Source: a virus (lineage: Duplodnaviria > Caudoviricetes). From it: a stretch of DNA of 64,000 nt. The translations under genes and the position numbers were made by a program. Every line of letters begins with the position of its first letter. Position 1 is the first letter of the stretch. The notes under the pieces are model-generated. The model was not told where the DNA came from. It did no database searches and worked only from the letters and a program-made list of their open reading frames with translations. Below are positions 27,753 through 38,789 of this stretch, one piece after another. The stretch is taken from IMG/VR virus record IMGVR_UViG_3300032285_003957, positions 96,001 to 160,000 of that record. The stretch is one strand, 5' to 3'.

Positions 27753-30650
27753 ATGAAAGAGGTTATCTCTCAGGAGGTTATTGAGGCATTTCTCAATGGC
27801 GGCGACGATGAAATGTATATCGTTGGAGTCGAATACGACTACAGAACAAACAAAATTCACAAAATTATTCAAGACCCTGAACAGGGTAAAATTATCAAAC
27901 CAGATACGTTCACACCATTCTTATGGGTTGGTGATTTATCGGGCTTAGGGTTTTATGGTAATTCTAAAGCAACGCAAAAAAAGGCGATGACCAAACATGG
28001 AATTATTATAGAAAAACTTGAAACCGATGGAAACGAACGATTAGAAAATGGCTTAAAGTATTTGGTTAAATCATTAAAGAGTTACACCAATTTAACAAGT
28101 TTTTTTAAAGAGGGTGGTATTGACCCATGGGGTGAAAATTTTAGACAATACTTTGCTATTTTATCGCCTGTTGAGCAATATCTAATAGATAAGAGAAAAA
28201 GATTATTTAAAGGTATTGATGATTATTCAGGTGTTCATCGATTTGTATTCGATATTGAGACGACAGGTTTGGAACCCGAAAATTGTAACATTATTTTGAT
28301 TGGTGTTAAAGATAATAGAGGGTTAAACAGAACTATTCCTGCGTTTGGTGAAGATGGTGAAAAAAAATGTATTGAAGAATTTTTCTTAATTATTAGAGAA
28401 ATAAAACCAACAATAATCGGTGGATATAACTCAGCATTTTTTGACTGGCCATTTATATTAAAGCGTGCTGAAATTTTAGGGGTCGATACTCAAGGCTTAA
28501 CCAAAATATTTACAAATGATGGTATTTCAGAAAAAGAAGGTATGCTTAAACTTGCTAATGAAGTTGAACCATACAAACAACATGTCATATGGGGATTTAA
28601 CATTGTTGATATTGCGCATGCTGTTCGTAGAGCACAAGCAATCAACTCAGAAATCAAATCATGGGGATTAAAATACATTACAAAATATTTGGAAAAAGAA
28701 AAACCTAATCGTGTTTATGTAGAAGGTTCAAAAATTTCTAAAATATATTTGGATAATGAAACATATTATGTAAATCCTAAAACAGGTGGTTACAAATTAG
28801 TTGGTGAACCTGGTACCGAAGATTTATTAATAAAATATCCAAATAAATTTGAAGTATGGGGTGGGCAAAAAATCGTGGAGCAATATCTTGATGATGACTT
28901 AACAGAAACTATGGTTGTTGATGATTCTTTTAGTCAATCAACATTTTTACTTTCTAAGTTAGTCCCAACAACATATGAGAGGATTGCAACAATGGGAACA
29001 GCTACATTATGGAAAATTATCATGTTAGCTTGGTCTTATGAAAATGGTTTAGCGATTCCCGCAAAAGATGAGAAGCGAGCAATCACAGGTGGTTTATCAC
29101 GTTTGTTAAATGTCGGCTATTCAAAGAATATCGTTAAGTTTGACTATGCATCACTTTATCCATCAATTCAATTAGTATATGATGTGTTCCCTGAATGTGA
29201 TGTTATGGGCGTTCAGAAATCAATGTTAAAATATTTCCGTAACATTCGTATTAAGTATAAACGTTTAGCGGGTGAATTGGCTAAAACAAATCCAGTTGAA
29301 GCTGAAATGTATGACCGTAAACAATTACCGATTAAGATTTTTATTAACGCTTATTTTGGTTCATTATCTGCACCACATGTATTTCCTTGGGGAGATATGA
29401 ATATGGGTGAAACAATTACTTGCACAGGTCGTCAATGTTTACGTATGATGATTATGTTCTTTATGAAAAAAGGTTATAAACCTCTTGTGATGGATACGGA
29501 TGGTGTTAACTTTGAAACGCCCTCAACAATTGATACACACACATATATTGGTAAAGGTTTAAATGAATTAACCGAAGAGGGTAAAGAATATAAAGGTATT
29601 GAAGCAGACACAGCCGAATTCAATGATATCTTTATGAGAAATGAAATGGGTTTAGATATTGACTATGTTGCGCCTGCTTGTATTAATGTATCTCGTAAGA
29701 ATTACATTATCAAAATGATGAAAAAAGGTAAAGAGAAAATTAAATTAACGGGTAATACTATCAAGTCAAAAAAATTACAACAATATGTTGTTGAGTTTTT
29801 AGATGAAGGTTTAAAATATTTGTTAAATGGCGATGGTCATGCTTTTGTGGAATTGTATTATGATTATGTAAATAAAATTTATAATAAGGAAATTCCATTA
29901 GCAAAGATTGCAAACAAATCTCGTGTTAAACAATCGTTAGAGGATTATAAAAAACACATTAAGAAAACTACTAAAGCAGGTTCATTAATGTCGAGACAAG
30001 CACACATGGAATTAATTTTGGAAAACAATTATCCTGCGGGTCTCGGTGAAACAATCTATTATGTTAATAACGGTATTAAAAAATCATCAGGCGATGTTCA
30101 AAAAATAACTAAACCAACTAAAAAAGCACAAGAAGAATTTTTAGCTAAACATGGTCACCCAATGCCAAATGATTATATTGAAATTAATTGTTATATGATT
30201 CCTGAAAAGGAAATTACTAATAATCCTGATTTGAAAGGTGATTATAATGTTGCTCGTTATTTGAATAATTTCAATAAAAGAATTGAACCATTATTATGTG
30301 TATTCAAAACAGATATTCGTGACGACATCTTAATTGAAGACCCAAAGGATAGACAATACTTTACTAAATCACAATGTGAACTTGTTAATGGTTTCCCATT
30401 AAAAGAAGATGGTCAAGATAAATTTGATGAAGTAATGACTTTATCTGATAGTGAAGTTTTGTTTTGGAACAGAGTTAAAAGAGACCCTTTCTTTATGTAT
30501 GTTGAAAACAGTTTAGAACTTGTTGACCAAAATTGGGTTGAGCACAATAGAAAAGTTGTTGCATTACAAGCAAATAGCACCGTAAGTAATGAAGATGAAA
30601 TCATTGAAACAAATGGACATGATTATGCTTATCATGCGATAGAAAGTTAA
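27753..30650 (+). CDS. polB: DNA polymerase family B with 3'-5' exonuclease
   Basis: ExoI FDIETTG, ExoII GYNSAFFD, DYASLYPS, KIFINAYFG, MDTDG, KKNY-like SRKNY. Confidence 0.95.
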   Translation: MKEVISQEVIEAFLNGGDDEMYIVGVEYDYRTNKIHKIIQDPEQGKIIKPDTFTPFLWVGDLSGLGFYGNSKATQKKAMTKHGIIIEKLETDGNERLENGLKYLVKSLKSYTNLTSFFKEGGIDPWGENFRQYFAILSPVEQYLIDKRKRLFKGIDDYSGVHRFVFDIETTGLEPENCNIILIGVKDNRGLNRTIPAFGEDGEKKCIEEFFLIIREIKPTIIGGYNSAFFDWPFILKRAEILGVDTQGLTKIFTNDGISEKEGMLKLANEVEPYKQHVIWGFNIVDIAHAVRRAQAINSEIKSWGLKYITKYLEKEKPNRVYVEGSKISKIYLDNETYYVNPKTGGYKLVGEPGTEDLLIKYPNKFEVWGGQKIVEQYLDDDLTETMVVDDSFSQSTFLLSKLVPTTYERIATMGTATLWKIIMLAWSYENGLAIPAKDEKRAITGGLSRLLNVGYSKNIVKFDYASLYPSIQLVYDVFPECDVMGVQKSMLKYFRNIRIKYKRLAGELAKTNPVEAEMYDRKQLPIKIFINAYFGSLSAPHVFPWGDMNMGETITCTGRQCLRMMIMFFMKKGYKPLVMDTDGVNFETPSTIDTHTYIGKGLNELTEEGKEYKGIEADTAEFNDIFMRNEMGLDIDYVAPACINVSRKNYIIKMMKKGKEKIKLTGNTIKSKKLQQYVVEFLDEGLKYLLNGDGHAFVELYYDYVNKIYNKEIPLAKIANKSRVKQSLEDYKKHIKKTTKAGSLMSRQAHMELILENNYPAGLGETIYYVNNGIKKSSGDVQKITKPTKKAQEEFLAKHGHPMPNDYIEINCYMIPEKEITNNPDLKGDYNVARYLNNFNKRIEPLLCVFKTDIRDDILIEDPKDRQYFTKSQCELVNGFPLKEDGQDKFDEVMTLSDSEVLFWNRVKRDPFFMYVENSLELVDQNWVEHNRKVVALQANSTVSNEDEIIETNGHDYAYHAIES

Positions 30651-31759
30651 ATAATATTAATAGGGCTTGGCATTGCTCTGAACTTCAAAGATTTGTTAAG
30701 ATTTTCAGCCTCACCTGCTTTTCTTTCAAGCATTTTGTCGGGACGTAATCTTTCTAATCTTGCCATAAGTTCTTCAACTAATTTAGATTTTTCATCTTTA
30801 CCTTCGGTAAGTAATGAATTGTAATCTAATTTAACTGAATTATCAGGAACTTGTAAATCTCCTGAGAATTTACCCCAGATTCTACCCAAACCCTCTTTAG
30901 AGTAGGCGATAAGATATTTTCTTACCCAATTCTGAGAGGGTTTATTTAATGAATCCCATGTAAGCGCCTCAGTATCGACATCTGAAGGTAATTTAATAAC
31001 ATCTTTGTTTTTCTTTAAACAAGTGTCTCTATCCATAGTATCATAATACCAATACCAAACTTGATAACTATTTTGTAATGAACCGAAATCAAATCTGCCG
31101 CCCGGAACATTTAATAAGTGTAATAGCTTTTTACCTTCAGGACCTGCAGTGATTCTATATGTTAAATCACCACCAATCATTCTATTCTTAAGGTTTCTAT
31201 CACCCATTCTTAATAACAAGTCAAATGCAGGTAATAGGAAATAAGAACCTGAAGTTCCAACCTGAGCAAATCCACCCACGCCACCAAATCCAACACCACC
31301 AAGACCACCAAATCCACCCAAGAATGGGTCAACAATTGAATCGGTTAATGTTGCACGAGTAAACCATAAAACCTCATTTATTTCACGTCCTGCAGGTATT
31401 TCATATATTTGTTGTCCTTTTTCTAAAGTAATATAATCTTTCTTTAACTCCCAATCACCACCTGCTTGTAAACCAACTATTTTAGAATAAGAATGTGTAT
31501 ATTGAGTTTCAAAATCCAAACTTCTTGTTGTAAAAGCTCTACTCAAAGATTGAGTATCAACGTTTAATCCATATAATGATGACCATTGTGATTCTATCAA
31601 CCAGTCACTCACATATTGTTCATATTCGGAAATAGATAACTCCAAGAAAGTATCCATTTGTTCTTCCGTTAATTCCACACCACGAACAGGTAATCCCAAT
31701 AAATGGAATATCTGGGTGTATAATTTTTGTTTGTCAGATTGTGAAATAATGTCGCTCAT
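30647..31759 (-). CDS. Neck protein (T4 gp13-like)
   Basis: LLGLPVRGVELTEEQMD, WVRKY...GRIWGKFSG...LDYNSLLTEG. Confidence 0.75.
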   Translation of the reverse strand: MSDIISQSDKQKLYTQIFHLLGLPVRGVELTEEQMDTFLELSISEYEQYVSDWLIESQWSSLYGLNVDTQSLSRAFTTRSLDFETQYTHSYSKIVGLQAGGDWELKKDYITLEKGQQIYEIPAGREINEVLWFTRATLTDSIVDPFLGGFGGLGGVGFGGVGGFAQVGTSGSYFLLPAFDLLLRMGDRNLKNRMIGGDLTYRITAGPEGKKLLHLLNVPGGRFDFGSLQNSYQVWYWYYDTMDRDTCLKKNKDVIKLPSDVDTEALTWDSLNKPSQNWVRKYLIAYSKEGLGRIWGKFSGDLQVPDNSVKLDYNSLLTEGKDEKSKLVEELMARLERLRPDKMLERKAGEAENLNKSLKFRAMPSPINII

Positions 31760-31760
31760 A

Positions 31761-31792
31761 TTTGATAAATATTTGAATTTTGCTTATATTTG
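31761..31792 (+). promoter_or_regulatory. Bacteroidota-type promoter, overlapping the opposite-strand TATTTAT motif of the neck gene
   Basis: TTTG 31761-64, 20-nt spacer, TATATTTG 31785-92; ATG 5 nt downstream. Confidence 0.7.
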
Positions 31793-31797
31793 ATTAT

Positions 31798-32004
31798 ATG
31801 AACAGTAAACTATACGAACTATTTGAAATTGGCGGAAAAAACAATTTTGAGTTTTCATACAAAGCAAAGGAGGGTGAGGATAATGTATTTTCAATAGATT
31901 TTGAAAATAAACGAATATCCGCCTTGGTTGGAAACCCTGAAGACGAAAACCTAACAAACCTAATAGAAGATTGTATAAAACAACTAAAGGAGGCTCTTAA
32001 GTAA
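31798..32004 (+). CDS. Small acidic hypothetical (early-type) protein
   Basis: 68 aa from ATG 31798, directly after a host-type promoter. Confidence 0.55.
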   Translation: MNSKLYELFEIGGKNNFEFSYKAKEGEDNVFSIDFENKRISALVGNPEDENLTNLIEDCIKQLKEALK

Positions 32005-33735
32005 GTCTTTACTGAACGATTCCGAATATTCACCGTCACCCATTACTTGATCAATGACGTTCTTTTTCTTTTGTAAAATATTGTAAATAATCTTTTCAAT
32101 CGTATTTTCAAAAACGGGATAATAAACCAATACACTATTTTTTTGACCGTATCTATAAGCTCTATCCTCACCTTGGGAGTGGTCGGCAGGGACAAATGAT
32201 AAGTCATTCATAATAACAACCTCAGCAGCAGTTAAAGTAATACCGACGCCCGCAGCTTTAATGTTACCAATGAATACTTTTATTTTATCTTCGTTTTGAA
32301 ATTTATCAACAGCTTCTTGTCTTCTGTCTTTAGTCATACGACCATCCAACACCACAGAATTCTTTTTATACTTTTCGTGAAGCATATCTAAAGTCATTGT
32401 AAAGTTTGTTAACACAATTACTTTTTTACCTTGATCTAAACATCTATCAATTAGTTCACAAGTATAAGGAATCTTCTCATAAGAAATTAATTGTCTAACT
32501 TTCATTAAACGATTTAAAGTTACTGTTATAGTGTCTTCATCTTTCTTTTCATTGCTAATTCTTGTAAATTCTTCCAATTCCTCATCATACATCTTACTTG
32601 TTAATTCAACGAAAATCGGCGTGATAATTTTTTCAGGTAAATCAAGAATATCAGTTTTCATTCTTCTTAATACAATGTTCTTTGTTCTTTCGCGCAGTTC
32701 GTCCAAATTGCTTGCCCCACTTGTATTCCACACTTTTCTGTTACCCACTCTAAATTGAAAACCTTTACAATATCTACGAACATATGATTGCCAATTCAAT
32801 GTCAAAGGCGAATCAACAATCTTTAATAAGTTGAAATAGTTAATTGGTCTTGAGGTCATCGGAGTTCCTGTTAGTAACCAAACCTTAGGAATTTGTTCTA
32901 ACACGTCATTTAATAAACGAGTTCTATTTGCTGTTGTATTTGAAACGTAATGCGCTTCATCCACAATTGCTAAATCAAATCCTGCGTTTACTAATAATTT
33001 ATAATCATCACTATCTTCTGATTTATCTGTTGAATGATAGTTTTTAATAATATCATAATTGATAATATAAAAATCAAATGTAGAACCCCATTTACGTCCT
33101 TCAACAATTAAGACTCTCCTATCGGTATAATTTTTAATTTCTCTTTCCCAATTTATTTTAAGAGATGCGGGACAAACAATTAATATTTTTTTTGCACCAC
33201 TTTCTAATGACGCAATGACAGCTGAGGTAGTTTTACCCAAACCCATATCGTCAGCAAGAATAAACTTATCGTTTGCTAATAACTTTTCAATTGCGACTTT
33301 TTGGTGCTCCAATGGAGGACGAGTTTCATACACTGAATAATCAATAACCCTATTTAATTTTTTTTCGGGTTGAACCACAGCCGCTTTAGGTAACCACATT
33401 GCTGATAGTTGGTCGCTATCTAAAACTTTACCCCATATGTGAAAGGCTTTATCGGATTCACATAATAATTTCTCACACCAAATTTGTTCAGGTGCTTTTG
33501 GTAAAAGTCGTTCCTCTTGAATTTTTTCCCCAAACGAAGAAACTATACTAATATACTTTTTAGCAACTTTTGGGGTCACATCTTTATATTTTAAAACATA
33601 CTCAGCTTGAGGTCTTGTTAATTTAAAATTCTTAACATCTATAAATTTTCGCTTAAATTCTAATAAATGGTTGTTAGAACCTTCATACGTCGTCAATACA
33701 TCTCTAGCCTCTATTTCTGGTATCATTGTGCTCAT
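31984..33735 (-). CDS. SNF2-family (HARP/SMARCAL1-like) helicase/translocase
   Basis: LADDMGLGKT, IVDEAH, LTGTP, AAGVGITLT, QGEDRAYRYGQ. Confidence 0.9.
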   Translation of the reverse strand: MSTMIPEIEARDVLTTYEGSNNHLLEFKRKFIDVKNFKLTRPQAEYVLKYKDVTPKVAKKYISIVSSFGEKIQEERLLPKAPEQIWCEKLLCESDKAFHIWGKVLDSDQLSAMWLPKAAVVQPEKKLNRVIDYSVYETRPPLEHQKVAIEKLLANDKFILADDMGLGKTTSAVIASLESGAKKILIVCPASLKINWEREIKNYTDRRVLIVEGRKWGSTFDFYIINYDIIKNYHSTDKSEDSDDYKLLVNAGFDLAIVDEAHYVSNTTANRTRLLNDVLEQIPKVWLLTGTPMTSRPINYFNLLKIVDSPLTLNWQSYVRRYCKGFQFRVGNRKVWNTSGASNLDELRERTKNIVLRRMKTDILDLPEKIITPIFVELTSKMYDEELEEFTRISNEKKDEDTITVTLNRLMKVRQLISYEKIPYTCELIDRCLDQGKKVIVLTNFTMTLDMLHEKYKKNSVVLDGRMTKDRRQEAVDKFQNEDKIKVFIGNIKAAGVGITLTAAEVVIMNDLSFVPADHSQGEDRAYRYGQKNSVLVYYPVFENTIEKIIYNILQKKKNVIDQVMGDGEYSESFSKDLLKSLL

Positions 33736-33784
33736 TGTTATAATATAACTAAATAGAATAAAAGATTAAACTATTTATTAGGAT

Positions 33785-34294
33785 ATGGCTAAACTACCTA
33801 TAACCAGACTTACCAAATTTTTTGGTCAAGAAGACTACGATTTAAACATCCAAATTGGACAAGAATACCTACATGGCGATTTGGGTATGAAATTAGTATT
33901 GTATCGAGTTGATAGCAGTAAAACTGACGGAGACTCTGTTTATGCTGAGGCGGGCCTTGATCAAATTAGATATTTTCCACCCGTTGAATTTTTTGGGTTG
34001 GTTAAGATAGATGGGCCAAAGAACACAACATATAAAACAGGTATAATGAGATATAATGAACCGGGTAATATGACTGTTTCGGTTTATATGAATCATTTAG
34101 AAGAATTAAAAATCGACATAAAATATGGCGATTATATTGGGTATCCTGAAAATGAGAATAAAATGAGATACTATGTTGTGACAAATGACGGTAAGGTTGT
34201 TACCGATAATAAACATAATATGTGGGGTTATAAACCATTTTATAGAACAATAACTTGTGCGTTTACGCAAGAAGGAGAATTTAGAGGAGTATAA
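33785..34294 (+). CDS. Head completion/neck protein (gp14-like)
   Basis: Position before the terminator and sheath genes; VLYRVD...YAEA...PPVE, GDYIGY...YVV. Confidence 0.6.
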   Translation: MAKLPITRLTKFFGQEDYDLNIQIGQEYLHGDLGMKLVLYRVDSSKTDGDSVYAEAGLDQIRYFPPVEFFGLVKIDGPKNTTYKTGIMRYNEPGNMTVSVYMNHLEELKIDIKYGDYIGYPENENKMRYYVVTNDGKVVTDNKHNMWGYKPFYRTITCAFTQEGEFRGV

Positions 34295-34297
34295 TAT

Positions 34298-35527
34298 ATG
34301 CCATTACCAAGAAAAAAAAATATTAAATTATATCAAGAAAACGAACTAACGGCCAGAAGACAAGAGCTTTTGGATGATATAACTAAATCAGATACTTTTT
34401 TACCTGATTCCATTTTACACGATGATTTGGATAAAGGAATGTTAGAATATGTTAAAAAGAATTTTGTGGTTATTTCTGAAGGTAAAAAAATACCTGTTAT
34501 TGATAAAATTCTAACAGTTCAAAGATGGGGTGAGTTTTCACAAAATTGGGAGTTCACTGATGAAGATGGTAATGTTAAATTACCTTTTATTGTTACAATT
34601 AGAAAACCCGATGTTCAACCGGGAACACATCCTGCAGTTCAAAGAACTATACCTGATAGACATCAATTCTATTATGCTTCAGTTCCAACTTGGGACGGAA
34701 CACAAATGGGTGCGGACATATATAAAATACCTCAACCCGTTCCTGTAGATATTTCATATGAAATCACAATTGTTTGTAATAAGTTTAGAGATTTGAATCG
34801 ATTTAATAAAATTGTTTTACAAAGATTTGCATCAAGACAAGATTATACAACAATAAAAGGACATTATATACCTATTCAATTAGAGAGTATAGACGACAAT
34901 ACCCCAATGGATACGTTAGATGGCCGTAGATTTTATGTTCAAAATTATAAATTTACAATGATGGGCTTCTTAATTGATAGTGAAGAATTTGAGGTATCAC
35001 CCGCAGTTAGTAGATTTTTCCTTTTAAATGAATTTATAAAAAGTAATAACTTCTCAAAAAAATATTTAAGCAAAGCTGTCGACATAACTGTGGTAAATTT
35101 TACAGGAGATGGTATGCAAACTCAATTTAGTGTTGGTGAAAGTATTGGTGCGTTGTTTAGCGTATCGATAAATGGTCTATTACAAGAAAGAAATGTTGAT
35201 TATTATCACATACAAGGAACTTCTAAAATATCGTTTGAATCGGCGCCATATGAAGGTAGTATTATAACCATCAAGTATTATAAAGGTAAAAATAACGTCA
35301 TCATTGACAATTATGGTAAACTGATACAAGTAACAACGGAATATTATGAATATACAGGTTCACTAACCTTTAGTGTGACTCAAGCTATTGAAAGTGTTGT
35401 TTCTTTAGATATAAATGGTCTTGTGGAAGAGGAGGGATTAGGATTCAATATAACTGGTTTACATGAAATAACATTAGTTGGTGCACCAGTAATGAATTCT
35501 AAAATAGGTATTACTTATTTGTATTAA
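34298..35527 (+). CDS. Tail terminator/sheath stabiliser (gp15-like) with C-terminal Ig-like repeats
   Basis: LPFIVTIR, PVPVDISYEITIV, YKFTMMGFL; two FTGDG/YTGS-type beta repeats at the C-terminus. Confidence 0.65.
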   Translation: MPLPRKKNIKLYQENELTARRQELLDDITKSDTFLPDSILHDDLDKGMLEYVKKNFVVISEGKKIPVIDKILTVQRWGEFSQNWEFTDEDGNVKLPFIVTIRKPDVQPGTHPAVQRTIPDRHQFYYASVPTWDGTQMGADIYKIPQPVPVDISYEITIVCNKFRDLNRFNKIVLQRFASRQDYTTIKGHYIPIQLESIDDNTPMDTLDGRRFYVQNYKFTMMGFLIDSEEFEVSPAVSRFFLLNEFIKSNNFSKKYLSKAVDITVVNFTGDGMQTQFSVGESIGALFSVSINGLLQERNVDYYHIQGTSKISFESAPYEGSIITIKYYKGKNNVIIDNYGKLIQVTTEYYEYTGSLTFSVTQAIESVVSLDINGLVEEEGLGFNITGLHEITLVGAPVMNSKIGITYLY

Positions 35528-35553
35528 TATATCCCTTCATTTATGTGGTGCAA

Positions 35554-35709
35554 TTATTCACCATATATGTCCTTCTTTTTAGGTTTGCAGTAATCTTCAA
35601 TAAATTTTTCCAAAACTTTATAAATTTTTAAACCATTCTTATCACAATGGTTTTTAAGCATTTCATGGTGTTTTTCACTAATTTTTACGTTTTTCTGTTT
35701 GTTTTCCAT
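35554..35709 (-). CDS. Unlisted 51-aa ribbon-helix-helix-like DNA-binding protein
   Basis: MENKQKNVKISEKHHEMLKNHCDKNGLKIYKVLEKFIEDYCKPKKKDIYGE*; strand-helix-G-helix pattern; below the ORF-track cutoff. Confidence 0.65.
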   Translation of the reverse strand: MENKQKNVKISEKHHEMLKNHCDKNGLKIYKVLEKFIEDYCKPKKKDIYGE

Positions 35710-35826
35710 AATGAAAGATAGTTTTAGATAAATAACTATCTTTTTAAAAAAACTTGGGAAATCTTTGATAAAAACAAAGATATTTATAATAAACTAATAA
35801 AAAAAATCTACTCAAACACAATTTAG

Positions 35827-38685
35827 ATGGCAAATTCAAACAAAGTATTCGTTTCTCCGGGTGTTTACACATCAGAGAAGGATTTAACATTCGTAGCTCA
35901 GAGCGTAGGTGTAACTACTTTAGGATTGGTTGGTGAGACCCTGAAAGGTCCTGCATTTGAACCAATTTTAATCGGAAGTTATGACGAATTCAAAACATAT
36001 TTCGGAACAACATCTCCTGAAAAGGATGGTTCGGGAGCACCAAAGTATGAACTACCTTATGTAGCTAAGGCTTATTTACAAGAATCAAACCAATTATTCG
36101 TAACAAGAATATTGGGTAAAACTGGTTACCTACCATATAAAACATTCGGTATTCAAACAATCGGTGGAATGGTTGTTAATTTAGCATCATTCACACATAG
36201 TGCTTCTACTATGGACCCTGATGCGCATACAGGTATGACAAATAGTAGTTTCTACTCAGCATTAAACGCTCACACATCAGTTGACGGTGTGAACTCTGTT
36301 GCAGCATATATTGAAAAGAACTATAGCGGAAATACACAACATCCTTCAACAGGTGCATGGTTCCAAATCGGTGCAATTCCTGATACAGACGTTCCTGGTG
36401 GAAGTAAATTATTATCTCCATTCAGTGCATATAACAATAAGAATTGGTATAATGTATGGAATAATGGAACTGACGCAGTTTATTCTTATTTATTTGTATG
36501 GAATGTAGGCGGATGGTTTGATGTGACAAGATATGTATATGCTGCTGAAGTTAATGCCGATTATGATGGTATTACTGTTGCAGCTTTAAGATCAAGAGGT
36601 CATTACGATACTCACCAAAATTTAGTGTTAGAAGTAACTGGTGACACAAGCTTCCAATTAGCTGATGTTAGTGGTATTCAAACAAACCCATTGGCGGAGT
36701 TTTCAATAAATGTAACAGGACATACAGGTGGTGTTAAATCATTCACATGTTCATTAGATACAACTTCTACAAAATACATCACTAAAGTTTTAGGAACAGG
36801 TGTATTTGATAAAGACTACAGCGGTCATCCGTTATATGTTCATGAAGTTTATCCTAACTTATTATTAAACGCTTATAATCAAGGGTTTATCAAAGGTTTA
36901 AGTTTAGTTGAAGTTTACAATCTTGAAGGTGATGATTTCAAACAACCTTGGGATACTACAATGTCAAATATGGTTGTATCTGAAGTTAGAGGTAATAAAG
37001 TTGACGAATTATTCTCAGTTCAAACAATTGCGGATGGTGAAGCAGCTAACTTCCAATTAAAAATACAAATTCAAAACATTAACATTGAAACAGGTGAATT
37101 TGATATGGTTCTTCGTGATTTCTACGATACTGATGATAATCAAGTAGTATTAGAGAAATTTACAAGATGTTCAATGAATCCTGATTTACCGGGTTACATC
37201 GCAAGAAAAGTCGGAACATCAGATGGTGAATATCCATTAAATTCAAAATACATTACATTAGTAATGGCAGACGGTGCACCAACAGATGCATTCCCTGCAG
37301 GTTTCAAAGGTTTCGTAAACAATAGCGCGTTTGGTAGTGACAATACTTTAGGTAATGTTTTATATAAAACAAACTATTTTGATGCAGGTGAAACAGTATA
37401 CTACAATGCTGATGGTAGTGTTAAAATGTCTGATGGTGACAAAGTAAGAAGAGTAACTTTAGGTTTATCTACACAATCTGGATTCAAATATGATGAAGAT
37501 TTATTCAAATATAAAGGATACGGCGCAAGTAGTTCAACTTATGGTTTCCACCTTTCAACTAACGCATCTTCAATTGTTGATACACAGAGTAAACAAGTTT
37601 ATCAAACAACAGGTTATGATTTAGAAGGTCAAACAGGTGACGCTAATAACAAATTAACAAACATTAATTACCGTAAATTTACTTTCGCAGTATGTGGTGG
37701 TTTTGATGGTTGGGATATCTACAGAAGCACAAGAACAACTGGAGATGGTTACATCTACGGTAAACACACTTACATTTCAGGTAACACTAACAATGGCGGT
37801 GTATTCAATGCTGATTATGGTAACTCAGATTATTATGCTTACTTAGCAGGTATTCAAACATATTCTAATCCTGAAGCAATTGACATTAACTTATTTGCAA
37901 CTCCTGGTATCAATTTCATTGACCATAGTTCATTAGTTAGTCAAGCAATTGATATGGTTGAAAATGATAGAGCTGACTCATTATACATTATTGGTGCTCC
38001 AGGTCCTAACTCACAACAAGAAGTTGATGGTGTAGTTGGTGATTTAGAATTATCAAATATTGATTCTAACTACTCAGCAACATATTGGCCTTGGATTCAA
38101 GTAAGAGACACTGACAATGCAACTCAAATCTATCTTCCACCAACAGGTGAAGTAGTTAAGAACATTGCTTTAACAGATAATGTAGCTTATCCTTGGTTTG
38201 CACCTGCAGGTTATTCAAGAGGTTTGGTTAATGCAATCAAAGCTTACAAGAAATTAACACTTGATGATAGAGATACATTATACAAAAACAGAATTAACCC
38301 AATTGCAACATTCTCAGATACCGGTACCATTATTTGGGGTAACAAAACGTTACAAGTTAGAGAATCTGCTTTGGACAGAATCAACGTAAGAAGATTATTG
38401 TTAAGAGCAAGAAAGTTAATCTCTGCTGTTGCTGTAAGATTATTGTTTGAACAAAACGATGACCAAGTAAGACAAGAATTCTTAAGATTGGTAAACCCTA
38501 TCTTGGAATCAATTAAGAAAGAAAGAGGTTTGTATGAATTCAAAGTAACTGTGTCTAACGACCCAGAAGATATCGATGCAAATACATTGAGAGGTAAAAT
38601 TTACGTTAAGCCTACTCGTTCTCTTGAATTTATTGATTTGGAATTTGTAATTACTCCAACAGGAGCTTCATTTGAAAATATCTAA
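35827..38685 (+). CDS. Tail sheath protein (gp18-like)
   Basis: FVSPGVYTSEKD, YSATYWPW, PWFAPAGYSRG, LYKNRINPI, WGNKT, RINVRRL, KPTRSLEFI. Confidence 0.95.
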   Translation: MANSNKVFVSPGVYTSEKDLTFVAQSVGVTTLGLVGETLKGPAFEPILIGSYDEFKTYFGTTSPEKDGSGAPKYELPYVAKAYLQESNQLFVTRILGKTGYLPYKTFGIQTIGGMVVNLASFTHSASTMDPDAHTGMTNSSFYSALNAHTSVDGVNSVAAYIEKNYSGNTQHPSTGAWFQIGAIPDTDVPGGSKLLSPFSAYNNKNWYNVWNNGTDAVYSYLFVWNVGGWFDVTRYVYAAEVNADYDGITVAALRSRGHYDTHQNLVLEVTGDTSFQLADVSGIQTNPLAEFSINVTGHTGGVKSFTCSLDTTSTKYITKVLGTGVFDKDYSGHPLYVHEVYPNLLLNAYNQGFIKGLSLVEVYNLEGDDFKQPWDTTMSNMVVSEVRGNKVDELFSVQTIADGEAANFQLKIQIQNINIETGEFDMVLRDFYDTDDNQVVLEKFTRCSMNPDLPGYIARKVGTSDGEYPLNSKYITLVMADGAPTDAFPAGFKGFVNNSAFGSDNTLGNVLYKTNYFDAGETVYYNADGSVKMSDGDKVRRVTLGLSTQSGFKYDEDLFKYKGYGASSSTYGFHLSTNASSIVDTQSKQVYQTTGYDLEGQTGDANNKLTNINYRKFTFAVCGGFDGWDIYRSTRTTGDGYIYGKHTYISGNTNNGGVFNADYGNSDYYAYLAGIQTYSNPEAIDINLFATPGINFIDHSSLVSQAIDMVENDRADSLYIIGAPGPNSQQEVDGVVGDLELSNIDSNYSATYWPWIQVRDTDNATQIYLPPTGEVVKNIALTDNVAYPWFAPAGYSRGLVNAIKAYKKLTLDDRDTLYKNRINPIATFSDTGTIIWGNKTLQVRESALDRINVRRLLLRARKLISAVAVRLLFEQNDDQVRQEFLRLVNPILESIKKERGLYEFKVTVSNDPEDIDANTLRGKIYVKPTRSLEFIDLEFVITPTGASFENI

Positions 38686-38708
38686 TCTAAAAGGAGATAT
38701 AAAAATAG

Positions 38709-38742
38709 AAAAGGGGATGCTAAAAACATCTCCTTTTTTTAT
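38709..38742 (+). terminator. Rho-independent terminator after sheath
   Basis: GGGGATG/CATCTCC stem plus T7. Confidence 0.75.
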
Positions 38743-38746
38743 TGAA

Positions 38747-38762
38747 TGTTCCACATGGAACC
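38747..38762. promoter_or_regulatory. parS-like site
   Basis: TGTTCCACATGGAACC vs parS palindrome TGTTCCACGTGGAACA (14/16 match), intergenic. Confidence 0.5.
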
Positions 38763-38789
38763 TGTATCCAAATATTTGATTTACCTTAC

